A stretch of 64,000 nucleotides of DNA. It comes from Candidatus Nomurabacteria bacterium. Its GTDB lineage: Bacteria > Patescibacteriota > Minisyncoccia > Phycocordibacterales > UBA9973. Made by a program: the position numbers and the translations under genes. Below are positions 38,732 to 49,654 of this stretch, one piece after another (the stretch's first letter is position 1; each line of letters opens with the position of its first letter). A model generated the notes under the pieces. That model ran no database searches. It worked only from the letters and a program-made list of their open reading frames with translations, and had not been told where the DNA came from. Location of the stretch: NCBI GenBank assembly GCA_943359485.1, contig CALRHR010000001.1:51141-115140 (forward strand), read 5' to 3'.

Positions 38732-40000
38732 ATGAATCTAGACCTATCAAAAATTAACACTTCTAAAATACTCAGTGCAAGAAAAGTATTCTTCATAGGT
38801 ATCGGAGGGATTGGTATTTCGGCTATTGCGCGGATGATGCATTTGGAGGGCAAAGATATTTCTGGTTCGGATATGTCAGAAGGAGAACTTACACGTGAAT
38901 TGCAAGAACTTGGGATAAAGATAACTATCGGGCAGGGATTTGAACTCATACCTAAAGATACAGACCTCATCGTATATACCATCGCCATTCCGCATTATGA
39001 CCCAAAGCTCTTCGAGCAGATCAAGAACTCTGGAATAGAGATGCGGAGCTATCCACAGACCCTCGGCATTGTTACTGCTAATAAATTTACTATTGCTGTC
39101 GCCGGTACTCACGGCAAGACCACAACAACTGCGATGATTGCAAAGATTCTTGTAGACGCAGGACTAGATCCATCTGTTGTTGTCGGCTCCTTACTCAAAG
39201 ATTACAAATCTAATCTTATCGTAGGTCACAGCGAATACTTTGTCGTCGAGGCCTGCGAGTACGAACGTTCATTTTTAAATATTCATCCCAAGCTCTTGGT
39301 GATCACCAACATTGAGGCAGACCATCTCGACTATTACAAAGATTTGGAAGATATCCAGGGTGCATTTAAAGAGCTCGAGGGTCAGAGTGAGAATGTTATT
39401 AAAGACTACTCTAGGTATCTCGACAAGGTTCCGAAGCTTCTGGTTCCTGGGGTTCACAACCGCTTGGATGCGGCTGCATCTTTAGCTGTGGCGGATTTTC
39501 TCAAGATTGATCTCAAGGTTGCCCAAAATTCCCTCGAAACTTTCCAGGGCACTTGGCGCAGGCTCGAGAAAAAGGGTACAACATCCGAGGGAACTATTGT
39601 CTACGATGACTATGCCCACCACCCGACAGAAATCAAAGCAAGCTTGCAAGGGCTTCGAGAGCTTTACCCCAACAAAAATATTACAGTCTTGTTCCAACCC
39701 CACCTTTACAGCCGAACCAAGGCACTTTTTGATGATTTTGCTAAAAGTTTTAAAGGAGCGGATAGGATATTACTCCTTCCCATTTACTTTGCTCGTGAAG
39801 CTAAGGATGAAAGTATTTCAAGCGAGAAATTAGGGGAGGCTATCTCTAAAAATGGTGAAAATGCGCAGGCTTTTCCTGACTTTGAATCTGCTGAGAGGGT
39901 AGTTTCTTCCTTGAATCTAGGTAAAGATGACATATTTGTGACGATGGGAGCGGGGGAGGCGTACAAAGTTGCCGAGAAAGTTTTCAACACCCAAAATTAA
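38732..40000 (+). CDS. murC: UDP-N-acetylmuramate--L-alanine ligase
   Basis: Contains GIGGIGISAIARMM and AGTHGKTTTTAM. Confidence 0.88.
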   Translation: MNLDLSKINTSKILSARKVFFIGIGGIGISAIARMMHLEGKDISGSDMSEGELTRELQELGIKITIGQGFELIPKDTDLIVYTIAIPHYDPKLFEQIKNSGIEMRSYPQTLGIVTANKFTIAVAGTHGKTTTTAMIAKILVDAGLDPSVVVGSLLKDYKSNLIVGHSEYFVVEACEYERSFLNIHPKLLVITNIEADHLDYYKDLEDIQGAFKELEGQSENVIKDYSRYLDKVPKLLVPGVHNRLDAAASLAVADFLKIDLKVAQNSLETFQGTWRRLEKKGTTSEGTIVYDDYAHHPTEIKASLQGLRELYPNKNITVLFQPHLYSRTKALFDDFAKSFKGADRILLLPIYFAREAKDESISSEKLGEAISKNGENAQAFPDFESAERVVSSLNLGKDDIFVTMGAGEAYKVAEKVFNTQN

Positions 40001-40241
40001 CCCATTTCTAGTAAGTTCTGTCAAGTAGATAATTCTAAAAAATCCTTATTTTATAAGGCTTTTTTGACTTGACAGAGCCATAAATCATGGTATAACTATT
40101 GACTTTTAAATCAAAGTATGCTACTATATCTGTATAACCTTATTTTATAGGTGCAAGCCTATTAAATAACGGTTTTTTTAGTTTTAGGGCAACTTAATAC
40201 TAAATATCAGTACTGGGTTTGGCGGAGCATAACCGCTATAT

Positions 40242-40910
40242 ATGAAAAATAAAAAATTAATACATTTCGTGGAATCGTTGATTCTCTTACCAATGATTAC
40301 CGTGTCGCAAGCACCTATGGGCCCTACCCAAACTGCTTTAAACACTGTATCTTTTCCCCAAATTGTATTATCACAAAAACTAAATAAGACTGCGGATTCT
40401 ATGAATTCCATCTTTGCTGTTGATAGCACAGAAAAAGATGCTAAAAATCTTAAGGCTTTGGAATTAGAGAATCTAAAAATCAAAGAAACTAAAGCAGGCC
40501 TGATCGATGCTTATTTCCAGAGACGCGATATGCCACTTTATGGCTATGGTATGAAGATGGTAGAAGAAGCCGACAAGAATGAAATCGATTGGCGTCTTTT
40601 ACCAGCGATTGCTGTTCGAGAATCCACAGGCGGGAAATTTGCTTGCAAGAAAGCTACTTGTAACTCTTTTGGGTGGGGTTCATGTAAAATTGGGTTTAAG
40701 TCGAATGACTTAGCCATCGAAACGGTAGCCAGGAATCTCGGGGGGAACAATCCAAAAACAGCGAACCATTACGATAAAAAGACTACTCTGCAGATTTTGC
40801 GTGCTTACAATCCGCCGTCCATCGTGCCTCTTTATGCTGAGCAAGTGATCTCCATCATGAATATAATCGGCCTTGAAGAGCCAACAGAAACCCCTGTTGT
40901 AGCTATATAA
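40242..40910 (+). CDS. secreted hypothetical protein, possible peptidoglycan hydrolase/lytic transglycosylase-like
   Basis: It has an N-terminal hydrophobic segment. The stretch LLPAIAVRESTGGKF resembles an SLT-type E-S motif, but the functional call is weak. Confidence 0.35.
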   Translation: MKNKKLIHFVESLILLPMITVSQAPMGPTQTALNTVSFPQIVLSQKLNKTADSMNSIFAVDSTEKDAKNLKALELENLKIKETKAGLIDAYFQRRDMPLYGYGMKMVEEADKNEIDWRLLPAIAVRESTGGKFACKKATCNSFGWGSCKIGFKSNDLAIETVARNLGGNNPKTANHYDKKTTLQILRAYNPPSIVPLYAEQVISIMNIIGLEEPTETPVVAI

Positions 40911-40981
40911 TAAAAAACCTAAAATAAAAAATCTCTGTGAAAGGCTCCAGCTAGGCTGGAGGAATGTAGAGATTTTTTATT

Positions 40982-42172
40982 TTAGGTTTTTATGTTCCAC
41001 AAATCCCAAACATTTTTTGCTAAATTTATTTTCGGTCCTTCCATAGCAAAATAATGCAGGTCAATGAAGGGCAGGGAGTTACATTCAATAATTCCCCATC
41101 TTTGCGTATCTGGATCCTTGGTTGGATCTTCCATAATTAAATCAAAACCCGCCACTGGTGCTTCTACTATTTTACCAGCTTTTTGGAAAATTTTGTGAAT
41201 CCTTGGGTGTATTTCTGGGAGCATTTCTTTAGTATAGCTACCGTACATTCGGCCTGTCTTGGCTGAGAGGTTAATGGTTGTGCCAAGAGGTGGCACGGTT
41301 TCAATGGTCTGACCCTGCCTTTTTATAAAATTTAGTAAATCTTCGTTGATCAAAATCTCGGATAGTTTTTCGTGACGGTTGGCATTTTTATTTTCTATAT
41401 GTTCTCGGATAGTTTTTTTACCGTCCCCAGTGATTTGTGGCGGGTCTCCACGGAAAAATCCTACTAGCTCGCCATTAATGACGGTAGCTCTATAAATACT
41501 ACCATGGAGATGTTCCTGTATTACTACAGATGGAGTAATCTCCTTAGCTAAATTAAATGCATTTTTTAATTCTTCCTCGGTATTTATGTTAGTTGTAGTG
41601 TGTCGTCCTCGTGAGCCATGTCTTGGTTTGATGATTACCGGTTTGCATAGTTCATGGAAGGATCCTTTGGCAAACTTCCATAGGTAAGTTTTTTTTGTTT
41701 TTGGGACGGAAATGCTATTTTCATTTAGCATATTGAAAAGAATAAATTTGTCATCTAGCCATCTGTAGCCACCTTGATTCATCCATGGTGGGATTGGCAG
41801 ACTTTCGAAATAGAAAACTTTATTATTTATTTTTGCCTTATATAGCTCAATAGGCTTACCAAATATAACGACTTGGGACATGTGAATATCCCGCCTTATT
41901 GCTTCTTCCCAAATTAATTTCGAACGGCCAGTTAAGGCCTTTTCGACATCAAAGTTAAATCTGACTATTCCGATATAAGACATTCCCGTAAATAATATTT
42001 TCTCAACCAAAGACGCAAAATTTCGTCTTCTATTGGTCGAAGATAAATTAAAAATTTTAGTGTCAAACTGGTCAGTAACTTCATTCAAGAAGTTTCCAAT
42101 CAACAAGAGTTTGTGATTAATCGGGCTAGTTCCGCAAGCGCTACATTTATGGCGGGTATTGTCTTCTCTCAT
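40982..42172 (-). CDS. ATP-grasp ligase resembling the cyanophycin synthetase N-terminal module
   Basis: VIIKPRHGSRGRHTTTNINTEEELKNAF...GSIYRATVINGELVGFFRGDPPQITGDGKKTIREHIE. Confidence 0.55.
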   Translation of the reverse strand: MREDNTRHKCSACGTSPINHKLLLIGNFLNEVTDQFDTKIFNLSSTNRRRNFASLVEKILFTGMSYIGIVRFNFDVEKALTGRSKLIWEEAIRRDIHMSQVVIFGKPIELYKAKINNKVFYFESLPIPPWMNQGGYRWLDDKFILFNMLNENSISVPKTKKTYLWKFAKGSFHELCKPVIIKPRHGSRGRHTTTNINTEEELKNAFNLAKEITPSVVIQEHLHGSIYRATVINGELVGFFRGDPPQITGDGKKTIREHIENKNANRHEKLSEILINEDLLNFIKRQGQTIETVPPLGTTINLSAKTGRMYGSYTKEMLPEIHPRIHKIFQKAGKIVEAPVAGFDLIMEDPTKDPDTQRWGIIECNSLPFIDLHYFAMEGPKINLAKNVWDLWNIKT

Positions 42173-42339
42173 AATATCTTTTTAGTTTAAATTTAAAAAA
42201 GACAAACAAAAAACCAAGGAGAGAGTTTAAGTTTCCCTAAACTAACCACTTGGTTTTTGTAAAATCTTAGTGTCCTCCCAACATAGTATTTTTGTAATTA
42301 CAAAACACTACTAAATCGACCAGTACATTATACCACCTC

Positions 42340-43461
42340 CTATTCCAAATGCACAAGTGTCATCTTTTGATCCTTTGGTTCAAACAGGGTGATCTGGAAA
42401 TTATAGTTCTTCCCGAGCTCCAATTTCTCACGGAGCTTTGCCTCAGTTGGAAAGGTAGAGTTGTGTACTAGTCCAGCTACGCCTTCTTTTATAGACACCA
42501 GAGCACCATGCTTATTATATTTTATAACAACACCTTTTATAATATCACCCTTTTTTAGTTTACCCTCGAACTCTTTCCATGGGTTTTCTTTCAAAGCTTT
42601 TACTGAAAGAGAAACTTTTCCGTCTTTTATTTCGATGACTTTGGCGCGGGTTTTGTCGCCGACTTTAAATATATTGCGAGGGTCTTCCACTAACCCCCAA
42701 TCAAGCTCCGAGATGTGAACCAATCCTTCCAGACCATCTTCGAGCTTTAGGAATATTCCGAAGTCAACTATTCCTGCTACAGTACAGTCGAGTTCATCGC
42801 CAATACTATACTTGCTTAAAATTTCCTTCTTTTCTTCTGGGTTGTTGTTTTTCTCTGAGAAAATTAATTTACCTTCTTTTGGAAGTGTGGAAATGATCAT
42901 TACCTCTATGTAAGTGTTGACGAGCTTTTTCAATTCTTTTAATATTTTATCTTTATCCGAATCAAGCACGCGAGGGTAGTGTTCGGCCTTGAGCTGGGAA
43001 GCGGGTAGGAATCCCTGGATGCCTTGCCATTCTAAAATGAGTCCACCCTTGTTGGCATCTTTGACTTCCAGATTTAGTATCGTTTTTTCTTTGATTGCCT
43101 TTTCAGCTTCGTTCCAGGTCAATGCTTGTTTGGCTTCTTTCAGAGACAGTTCTACATACCCATCTTCGTTTTCTGTATCGACAATCTTTGCTTTAATTAT
43201 GTCGCCGATGCTGATTTTTTTGATTATGTCCCTAGCATTGATAAATTCTCGGCCGTAAATAATTCCCGTGCCGAAAGGTGAGAGGTCAACGAAAACAGAT
43301 GATTTTTCGACACTAATTACTGGACCTTCAACAAGGGCATCTACTTCTGGTTTACTTCCACTTCGGTCTAGAATGGATTTCAAAACTAAATTTTCCTCAC
43401 CTGCATCAGCTATACCTGAAGCATTGCGGGCAGGTTCTACTATTTCTTTGTCTTTTGTCAT
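42340..43461 (-). CDS. rpsA: 30S ribosomal protein S1 (multiple S1 domains)
   Basis: It carries repeated S1 OB-fold motifs (GDIIKAKIV, GIVDFGIFLKLEDGLEGLVHISEL, GVVIKYNKHGALVSI). The ATG at 43461 is preferred over the TTG at 43482. Confidence 0.8.
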   Translation of the reverse strand: MTKDKEIVEPARNASGIADAGEENLVLKSILDRSGSKPEVDALVEGPVISVEKSSVFVDLSPFGTGIIYGREFINARDIIKKISIGDIIKAKIVDTENEDGYVELSLKEAKQALTWNEAEKAIKEKTILNLEVKDANKGGLILEWQGIQGFLPASQLKAEHYPRVLDSDKDKILKELKKLVNTYIEVMIISTLPKEGKLIFSEKNNNPEEKKEILSKYSIGDELDCTVAGIVDFGIFLKLEDGLEGLVHISELDWGLVEDPRNIFKVGDKTRAKVIEIKDGKVSLSVKALKENPWKEFEGKLKKGDIIKGVVIKYNKHGALVSIKEGVAGLVHNSTFPTEAKLREKLELGKNYNFQITLFEPKDQKMTLVHLE

Positions 43462-43602
43462 ATAAATTAAAAAATCCGCCAAACAAAAATTTTGAAGCGG
43501 ATATAAGGTCTAGGTTCTTAAGACAAAAGGTCAAAAGGGTTACCCTAAATCCTGCTATTAATTACTTTGAGTCTATCAAAAAACCTGCTATAATGCAAAT
43601 CG

Positions 43603-44229
43603 ATGATAATAACATATTTCGGTAAACAGTTTTTTAAGATCCAGAAAGGAGAGATGGCTCTGGCCTTTAATCCTGTCAGCAAAAATTCCAAATCAGGCAT
43701 TTCGGCGCATTTTGGAGCAGACATTGCTCTTGTGACCACGAACCATCCGGATTATAACGGTATAGATCAATTAAGCCATGGTGAGAGAGTGCCCTTTGCA
43801 GTGACTGGTCCGGGTGATTACGAAGTTGAAGAAATTTTTATAAAAGGGGTGATGTCGGAGGCCACCCTGGCAGGCAAAAAATATATTAATACAATTTATT
43901 CTCTCTCTGTAGACAATATCAAGATTGTATTTTTGGGGGCTCTTTCGAATGCCGAACTTGGGAAGGAGGCGCATGAAGTTATCGGTAATCCTGACATTCT
44001 TTTTATTCCGGTTGGAGGCAGTGACTTGCTTGATGCAAAAACTGGAGCTAAACTGGCACTATCATTCGAGCCGAAACTCATTATTCCTATGGACTACGAT
44101 AGTGTTTCCCTTAAAGCATTTTTAAAGGAAATAGGAGAAGAGGCATCCGAAGTATCCGAGAAATTGACTCTTAAGTTAAAAGATTTAGAAGGTAAAGAAG
44201 GTGAGGTAGTCGTTTTATCAGCAATATAA
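43603..44229 (+). CDS. MBL-fold metal-dependent hydrolase (UPF0173-like)
   Basis: The N-terminus MIITYFGKQFFKIQ and the overall pattern fit. TATAAT lies 8 nt before the ATG. Confidence 0.5.
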   Translation: MIITYFGKQFFKIQKGEMALAFNPVSKNSKSGISAHFGADIALVTTNHPDYNGIDQLSHGERVPFAVTGPGDYEVEEIFIKGVMSEATLAGKKYINTIYSLSVDNIKIVFLGALSNAELGKEAHEVIGNPDILFIPVGGSDLLDAKTGAKLALSFEPKLIIPMDYDSVSLKAFLKEIGEEASEVSEKLTLKLKDLEGKEGEVVVLSAI

Positions 44230-44262
44230 TCAGATAGCGCTCCAAGTGCTACTTGTAAAAAT

Positions 44263-44517
44263 ATGCGAAAAATTATTCACAATTTAAGACAACAGCCAGA
44301 AGAAGTAAGGAGGAATATTTTACATATCCTGACCATTGTCTGTGGAGTCATTCTTTTATCTTTTTGGGTTTATTCCTTGGGGACAAATTTAGGAAGTGAA
44401 GATACGCAAGCAAAAATAGAGAATGGTTTAAAGCCACTGTCTGCGCTTAGGGGTAACATTATTGGTGGGTACAACAGTATTTCAAATCCAGATCCAGATT
44501 TAACTTTACCGGAATAG
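44263..44517 (+). CDS. small membrane protein, unknown function
   Basis: An 84-aa ORF with one TM helix (ILHILTIVCGVILLSFWVY). Confidence 0.45.
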   Translation: MRKIIHNLRQQPEEVRRNILHILTIVCGVILLSFWVYSLGTNLGSEDTQAKIENGLKPLSALRGNIIGGYNSISNPDPDLTLPE

Positions 44518-44551
44518 TAAAATATGTCAGAGTAATTTATTTTAATTTAAA

Positions 44552-47011
44552 ATGGCGAAAAAAATTTTAGAATCAAACCAAGAAAAAGCACGAGACACAG
44601 TTTTACCTGTTGATGTTGTGACTGAAATGAAAGAGTCCTATTTGGCTTATGCCATGTCGGTCATTACTTCGCGTGCCCTACCGGATGTACGAGATGGGTT
44701 AAAACCTGTGCATCGTCGCATACTTTTTGCTATGCATGAAATGGGGCTGACCGCTTCCGCTAGGTTTAGGAAATCTGCGGCAGTAGTCGGAGATGTGCTC
44801 GGAAAATATCACCCACACGGGGATGTGGCAGTTTATGATTCGATGGTGGGCATGGCCCAAGAATTTTCTTATCGTTACCCATTTATTTTAGGACAGGGAA
44901 ACTTTGGATCCATAGATGGGGACAACGCTGCGGCAATGCGTTATACCGAAGCCAAGATGTCCAAAATTTCGAGTGAACTTCTGCGAGATTTAGAAAAAGA
45001 AACAGTAGACTTTCGTCCGAACTATGACCAGACCCGCAAAGAGCCGATAGTTTTTCCTTCGAGTGTGCCAGCGTTATTATTAAATGGTACTCTTGGTATC
45101 GCTGTTGGTATGGCGACTAATATTCCACCTCATAATTTAGGAGAAGTACTAGACGGAGCGTTGGCCTTGATCGAAAACGAAGATGCCACAACCGAAGACT
45201 TGATGCAGTTCATCAAGGGCCCTGATTTTCCAACCGGTGGAATTGCTTATGGGTCTAAAGACATGCTACACGCATATTCATCTGGTCGCGGAGGGGTGGT
45301 TTGTCGAGGTGAGGCAGAAATTACAGAAGATAAAAATGGCAATCCGCAAATCGTTATTACTTCGATTCCTTTCCGGGTAAACAAATCTAACTTGATCATG
45401 GCGATAGCGGAGTTAGTGCAAGAAAAAAAATTGGAAGGTATCAAAGGTCTGCGAGATGAATCCACCAAAGATATCAGAGTCGTTATTGATTTAAAGAACA
45501 ATGCTCATCCGGAAAAAGTTTTAAATTATATTTATAAAAATACTCAACTTGAATCCAACTTCAATTTTAATATTGTTGCCTTGGTGGATGGTGTTCCACA
45601 GACCCTTTCACTCAAGTCAATTTTGACCGAATTTATTTCTCATCGAAAGGAAGTGGTAAAGAGGCGGAGTATTTATGATCTACGCCGTGCCGAGGAGCGT
45701 GAGCATATTCTGCTTGGTTTAAAAAAGGCGTTGGATAAAATAGATCGAGTCATCACAATCATTCGTGGTTCAAAAGATTCACACATTGCTAAAGTTAATT
45801 TAATAAAAGAATTCAAATTTTCCGACTTGCAGGCGATCGCGATTTTGGAAATGAAACTTTCCAAGCTCGCCGGACTGGAGAGAAAAGCCGTGGAAGACGA
45901 ACTAAAAGAAAAACAGAAATTTATTGCCGAGATGAAAGAAATTTTGGCCAGTACAAAAAGAGTTTTGAAAATAATTTCCGATGAATTAAAAGAAATTCGT
46001 GAGAAGTATGCTGATGAACGCCGCACCAAGATAGTCAAAGGTGGGGTTAAAGAAATTTCTGATGAAGACCTAGTTCCAGAAAAAGAAACCATGCTTGTAC
46101 TCACCGCTGGTGGATATGTAAAGTGTACAGATCCTTCTGAATATCATGCCCAAAAGCGTGGTGGGGTTGGCGTAATTGATTTAGAAACCAAAGAAGAGGA
46201 TTTTGTTACTAAACTTGTCTCAGGTTCGACGCACGATGATATGCTTTTTTTCACAAATCTGGGTAAAGTTTATCAAATTAAAATGTATGATATCCCAGAG
46301 GGTAGGAGAGCTACAAAAGGTAAGTCCATTATGAATTTCTTAGCTCTTTCTGCCGAAGAAAAAGTGAGCTCAATATTGGCAATGCCGAAAGATAAAGGTC
46401 TAACCACCACCTCTCTAATGCTTGTAACAAAAAATGGTATAGCTAAAAAAATGTCTTCAGGTGGTTTCAAAGATGTGCGTCGTAGTGGTATTATAGCCAT
46501 TCGTTTAGATAAAGGAGATGAATTAATTTCTGCGCTTTTAACAGAAAAAGGTGATGAAGTGATTTTAGCAACTACAGAAGGACAATCTATTAGATTTAAA
46601 GAGTCCGATGTGCGTGAGATGGGTCGCACTGCAGGTGGCGTCACAGGTATAAAAATGAAAAAAGATGATGAAGTTATCAGTGTTGATGTTATTAAAAAAG
46701 ATCAAAAAGACGGAACCTTCCTAGTAATGAGCGCCAACGGTTTTGGTAAAAAAACTAATTTAAAAGAATATAAAGTTCAGCGTCGTAGTGGTTCAGGCAT
46801 AAAAACAGCCAAAGTTACAGCTAAAACCGGTAAACTCATCGTCGCTAAGGTTTTAACCGGCAATGAATTAGAATTGATAGCCATGTCAAAAAAGGGGCAG
46901 GTTATTCGCACACCCCTAAAAGACATTTCATCTTCAGGCCGTCAAACTCAAGGAGTAACCATCATGCGTCTCCGTCCTGGAGATGGCATAGCGTCACTTA
47001 CCTGTATTTAA
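44552..47011 (+). CDS. gyrA: DNA gyrase subunit A
   Basis: [24 protein letters not shown], the active-site region AAMRYTEAK and C-terminal beta-pinwheel repeats are present. Confidence 0.95.
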   Translation: MAKKILESNQEKARDTVLPVDVVTEMKESYLAYAMSVITSRALPDVRDGLKPVHRRILFAMHEMGLTASARFRKSAAVVGDVLGKYHPHGDVAVYDSMVGMAQEFSYRYPFILGQGNFGSIDGDNAAAMRYTEAKMSKISSELLRDLEKETVDFRPNYDQTRKEPIVFPSSVPALLLNGTLGIAVGMATNIPPHNLGEVLDGALALIENEDATTEDLMQFIKGPDFPTGGIAYGSKDMLHAYSSGRGGVVCRGEAEITEDKNGNPQIVITSIPFRVNKSNLIMAIAELVQEKKLEGIKGLRDESTKDIRVVIDLKNNAHPEKVLNYIYKNTQLESNFNFNIVALVDGVPQTLSLKSILTEFISHRKEVVKRRSIYDLRRAEEREHILLGLKKALDKIDRVITIIRGSKDSHIAKVNLIKEFKFSDLQAIAILEMKLSKLAGLERKAVEDELKEKQKFIAEMKEILASTKRVLKIISDELKEIREKYADERRTKIVKGGVKEISDEDLVPEKETMLVLTAGGYVKCTDPSEYHAQKRGGVGVIDLETKEEDFVTKLVSGSTHDDMLFFTNLGKVYQIKMYDIPEGRRATKGKSIMNFLALSAEEKVSSILAMPKDKGLTTTSLMLVTKNGIAKKMSSGGFKDVRRSGIIAIRLDKGDELISALLTEKGDEVILATTEGQSIRFKESDVREMGRTAGGVTGIKMKKDDEVISVDVIKKDQKDGTFLVMSANGFGKKTNLKEYKVQRRSGSGIKTAKVTAKTGKLIVAKVLTGNELELIAMSKKGQVIRTPLKDISSSGRQTQGVTIMRLRPGDGIASLTCI

Positions 47012-47013
47012 CC

Positions 47014-47034
47014 TGTCAAAGGCGGGCTTTGACA
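47014..47034. repeat. REP hairpin TGTCAAAGGCGGGCTTTGACA
   Basis: A perfect palindrome that overlaps both the gyrA stop and the last codons of the RAYT ORF. Confidence 0.8.
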
Positions 47035-47642
47035 TCAAAATTCAGTGTTTGCTCTATAAAGTTTTTAGTGTCTCCAAAAGTTTCCAGTAAGAATTCTTTA
47101 CTAACTATTGGCAAGTTTCGGTCTGATGCATAATCATTATAACTACCCCACTGATATTCTTTTGGATGTTTCACTAATCCATCTTTTACTGGATTCATGT
47201 GAATATAAGATGATGTCCACATCAGCTGAGGATCGCCTTTAATAAGTACTGCCTTAAATTTGTCTTGAAAAACATGCCCAACTTTTTTATATTTTTTATT
47301 AATGTATCTAGAATAACTAGTACAAAGTTTTAACATTAATTTTGAAATTGGCATGTCTACAATTTGTTCAATTAGAAAATGGAAGTGGTTTGGCATCAGA
47401 CAAAAAGCATACAAATTAAAAGCCCCTTTTTCCATTTTAGTTATCCTGATTCTAGAGTAGGGTAGGGCAGTTAATTTTTCTTTGTTTAATTCTTCTTCAG
47501 TAAATCCCAAAGACAGTCCCAGTCTAAAGAGGAAAGCTCTATAATCCTGCTCATCGAAAAATATCTTCTCCTTATTATTGCCACGATTATAGATGTGATA
47601 AATACCACCAGGAGCAAATTCTTTAAAGTCTCTATTATTCAT
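47016..47642 (-). mobile_element. REP-associated tyrosine transposase (RAYT, IS200/Y1 transposase family)
   Basis: IYHIYNRGNNKEKIF...FCLMPNHFHFLIE...YIHMNPVKDGLV matches the HUH plus Tyr pattern. REP hairpins flank it. Confidence 0.8.
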
Positions 47643-47655
47643 ACTTGTAAGTATA

Positions 47656-47676
47656 TGTCAAAGGCGGGCTTTGACA
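47656..47676. repeat. REP hairpin copy 2
   Basis: TGTCAAAGGCGGGCTTTGACA. Confidence 0.8.
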
Positions 47677-47731
47677 AGGGGAAGTTATCAACAGGGCATA
47701 TAAAATGTGTCAAAGTGTGCCAAGGGCGATG

Positions 47732-47752
47732 TGTCAAAGGCGGGCTTTGACA
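47732..47752. repeat. REP hairpin copy 3 (degenerate half-copy at 47707-47720)
   Basis: TGTCAAAGGCGGGCTTTGACA. Confidence 0.8.
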
Positions 47753-47800
47753 CACAGTTTTGAGCTTGTTTGCTTTTTTATAAAAGGTTATAATTAAACA

Positions 47801-48319
47801 ATGTTCTCCGATCCGGTAAAAAATTTAAAAGCTTTGGGGTTGCGGGAGACTGACATTGTGGCGGATTTGGGTGCCGGGACAGGATACTATGCTATTGCCG
47901 CAGGTCACATTGTGACCAAGGGGAAAGTTTATGCAGTTGAAATAGCGGAAGACTTCCTTCATACAATAAAAAATAAAACTAAAGAAGCACATCTCTCTAA
48001 TGTCGAAATTCTCTGGGGAGATGTTGAAAAGATAGGTGGCACAAAAATCGGTGACGGCATTGCTGATGCAGTTATTGCCTCAAATGTGCTTTTCCAAGTT
48101 GAGGATAAAGATGGATTTATTAATGAAACAAAACGAATTTTAAAGCCGAAAAGCAAAGTCTTGCTAGTAGACTGGTCTTCAGATTCTCCACTTATGGGGT
48201 TAAAACATTCCGTACATAAAGACAAAGCACGGGAGATGTTTGAAAAAAAGGGTTTTGTTTGGCAACGGGACATTGACGCTGGAGCGCATCACTATGGTAT
48301 GATATTAATCAAGAATTAA
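47801..48319 (+). CDS. class I SAM-dependent methyltransferase
   Basis: Motif I is VADLGAGTGYYA. TATAAT (47789-47794) lies 6 nt before the ATG. Confidence 0.75.
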   Translation: MFSDPVKNLKALGLRETDIVADLGAGTGYYAIAAGHIVTKGKVYAVEIAEDFLHTIKNKTKEAHLSNVEILWGDVEKIGGTKIGDGIADAVIASNVLFQVEDKDGFINETKRILKPKSKVLLVDWSSDSPLMGLKHSVHKDKAREMFEKKGFVWQRDIDAGAHHYGMILIKN

Positions 48320-48325
48320 TTTGCA

Positions 48326-49624
48326 ATGAAAAGCAATTTTCAAATTATAGTTTTAGTTGTCTTTATTGTATTTGCCATTTTCGGCGTTTTGGTTTTTTCT
48401 GGCACTATACCGATAGGTGACAATGGTGAGCCGGGGTCTTTGGGCACAGTTACTTTATGGGGGACAGTCAAAAGCGAGGCGATGATTCCTATTCTCGAAG
48501 AATTCAATCTTGCCAACCCGACTTTTATCTTAAAGTATGTTCAGAAATCTACAGATTCGTTCGACCAAGACCTACTTGAAGCTTTAGCTGAAGGTAGGGG
48601 TCCCGACATTGTTTTCATGACAGATGAATTAGCATTTCACTATAATAATAAAATTTTTACCATTCCATTTGCCAGTTATCCGCTCGCTTCATTCAAAAAT
48701 AATTTCGCTAGTGCTGGAGAAGTTTTTCTGACTTCAAAGGGTATTATGGCTTTTCCTATTTCTATTGATCCGCTTGTGTTGTATTACAATCGTAGTATTT
48801 TAGATGCAAATGGTGTGGTGTATCCCCCAGTCTATTGGGACGAAGTCTCTCTACTTATTCCCACTTTAACCAAAAAAGACGATAGCAACAGAATATCAAA
48901 AAGCACCATAGCGTTGGGGCATTTTTCAAATATAGCTCATGCCAAGGACATTATTTCCACTTTATTTATGCAGGCGGGTAGCTCCATTGTAGCCGAGAAA
49001 AGTGGCATTTTTAGCTCTAGCTTGGATGTACCAGGTAGGCAAGATAACCCTAGTGCAAGTTTGAAATTTTACACTGACTTTGCCGACCCAAACAGCGAGT
49101 CGTATTCCTGGAATAAATCTTTTTCAAACTCCAGAGACAGCTTTTCCAAAGGGGACTTGGCATTTTATATTGGTTACGCGAGCGAGCTTTCATCGCTCAT
49201 AAATAAAAATCCGAATCAAAATTTCGGAGTGGCACCACTTCCACAAAAACGAAATGCTAATTTTAAATTAACCGGAGCTCACATTACTGGTGTTTCTCTT
49301 TTGTCATCTTCCAAGAACTTTTCTACCGCCCTTACTGCGGCGAGTCTCATAGCTACGAGCAACTTCGCTTCCAAATTTGCCACGATTTTTGGGGTAGCCC
49401 CAGCCCGCCGGGATCTGCTTGCCGTCAAAAAGGCGGATGATAGCTTTATGCCGACGGTGTACAATTCCGCGCTCTTCGGAAAGAGCTGGCTCGATCCTTC
49501 CCCCAAAGATACAGATGTTATCTTCCGCCTTATGGTCGATGGAGTTCTTTCCAACAGTATAACTCCGGACAATGCCGTATCCGATGCAGATAGCAGACTT
49601 AACATTTTATTGCTTCAGCCATAG
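48326..49624 (+). CDS. extracellular solute-binding protein (ABC-type, family 1-like), membrane-anchored
   Basis: It has an N-terminal TM helix, then TLWGTVKSE...FDQDLLEALAEGRGPDIVFM typical of sugar-type SBPs. Confidence 0.6.
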   Translation: MKSNFQIIVLVVFIVFAIFGVLVFSGTIPIGDNGEPGSLGTVTLWGTVKSEAMIPILEEFNLANPTFILKYVQKSTDSFDQDLLEALAEGRGPDIVFMTDELAFHYNNKIFTIPFASYPLASFKNNFASAGEVFLTSKGIMAFPISIDPLVLYYNRSILDANGVVYPPVYWDEVSLLIPTLTKKDDSNRISKSTIALGHFSNIAHAKDIISTLFMQAGSSIVAEKSGIFSSSLDVPGRQDNPSASLKFYTDFADPNSESYSWNKSFSNSRDSFSKGDLAFYIGYASELSSLINKNPNQNFGVAPLPQKRNANFKLTGAHITGVSLLSSSKNFSTALTAASLIATSNFASKFATIFGVAPARRDLLAVKKADDSFMPTVYNSALFGKSWLDPSPKDTDVIFRLMVDGVLSNSITPDNAVSDADSRLNILLLQP

Positions 49625-49654
49625 GCTGATCCGCCTTGGGCGGAAAAATCAATC

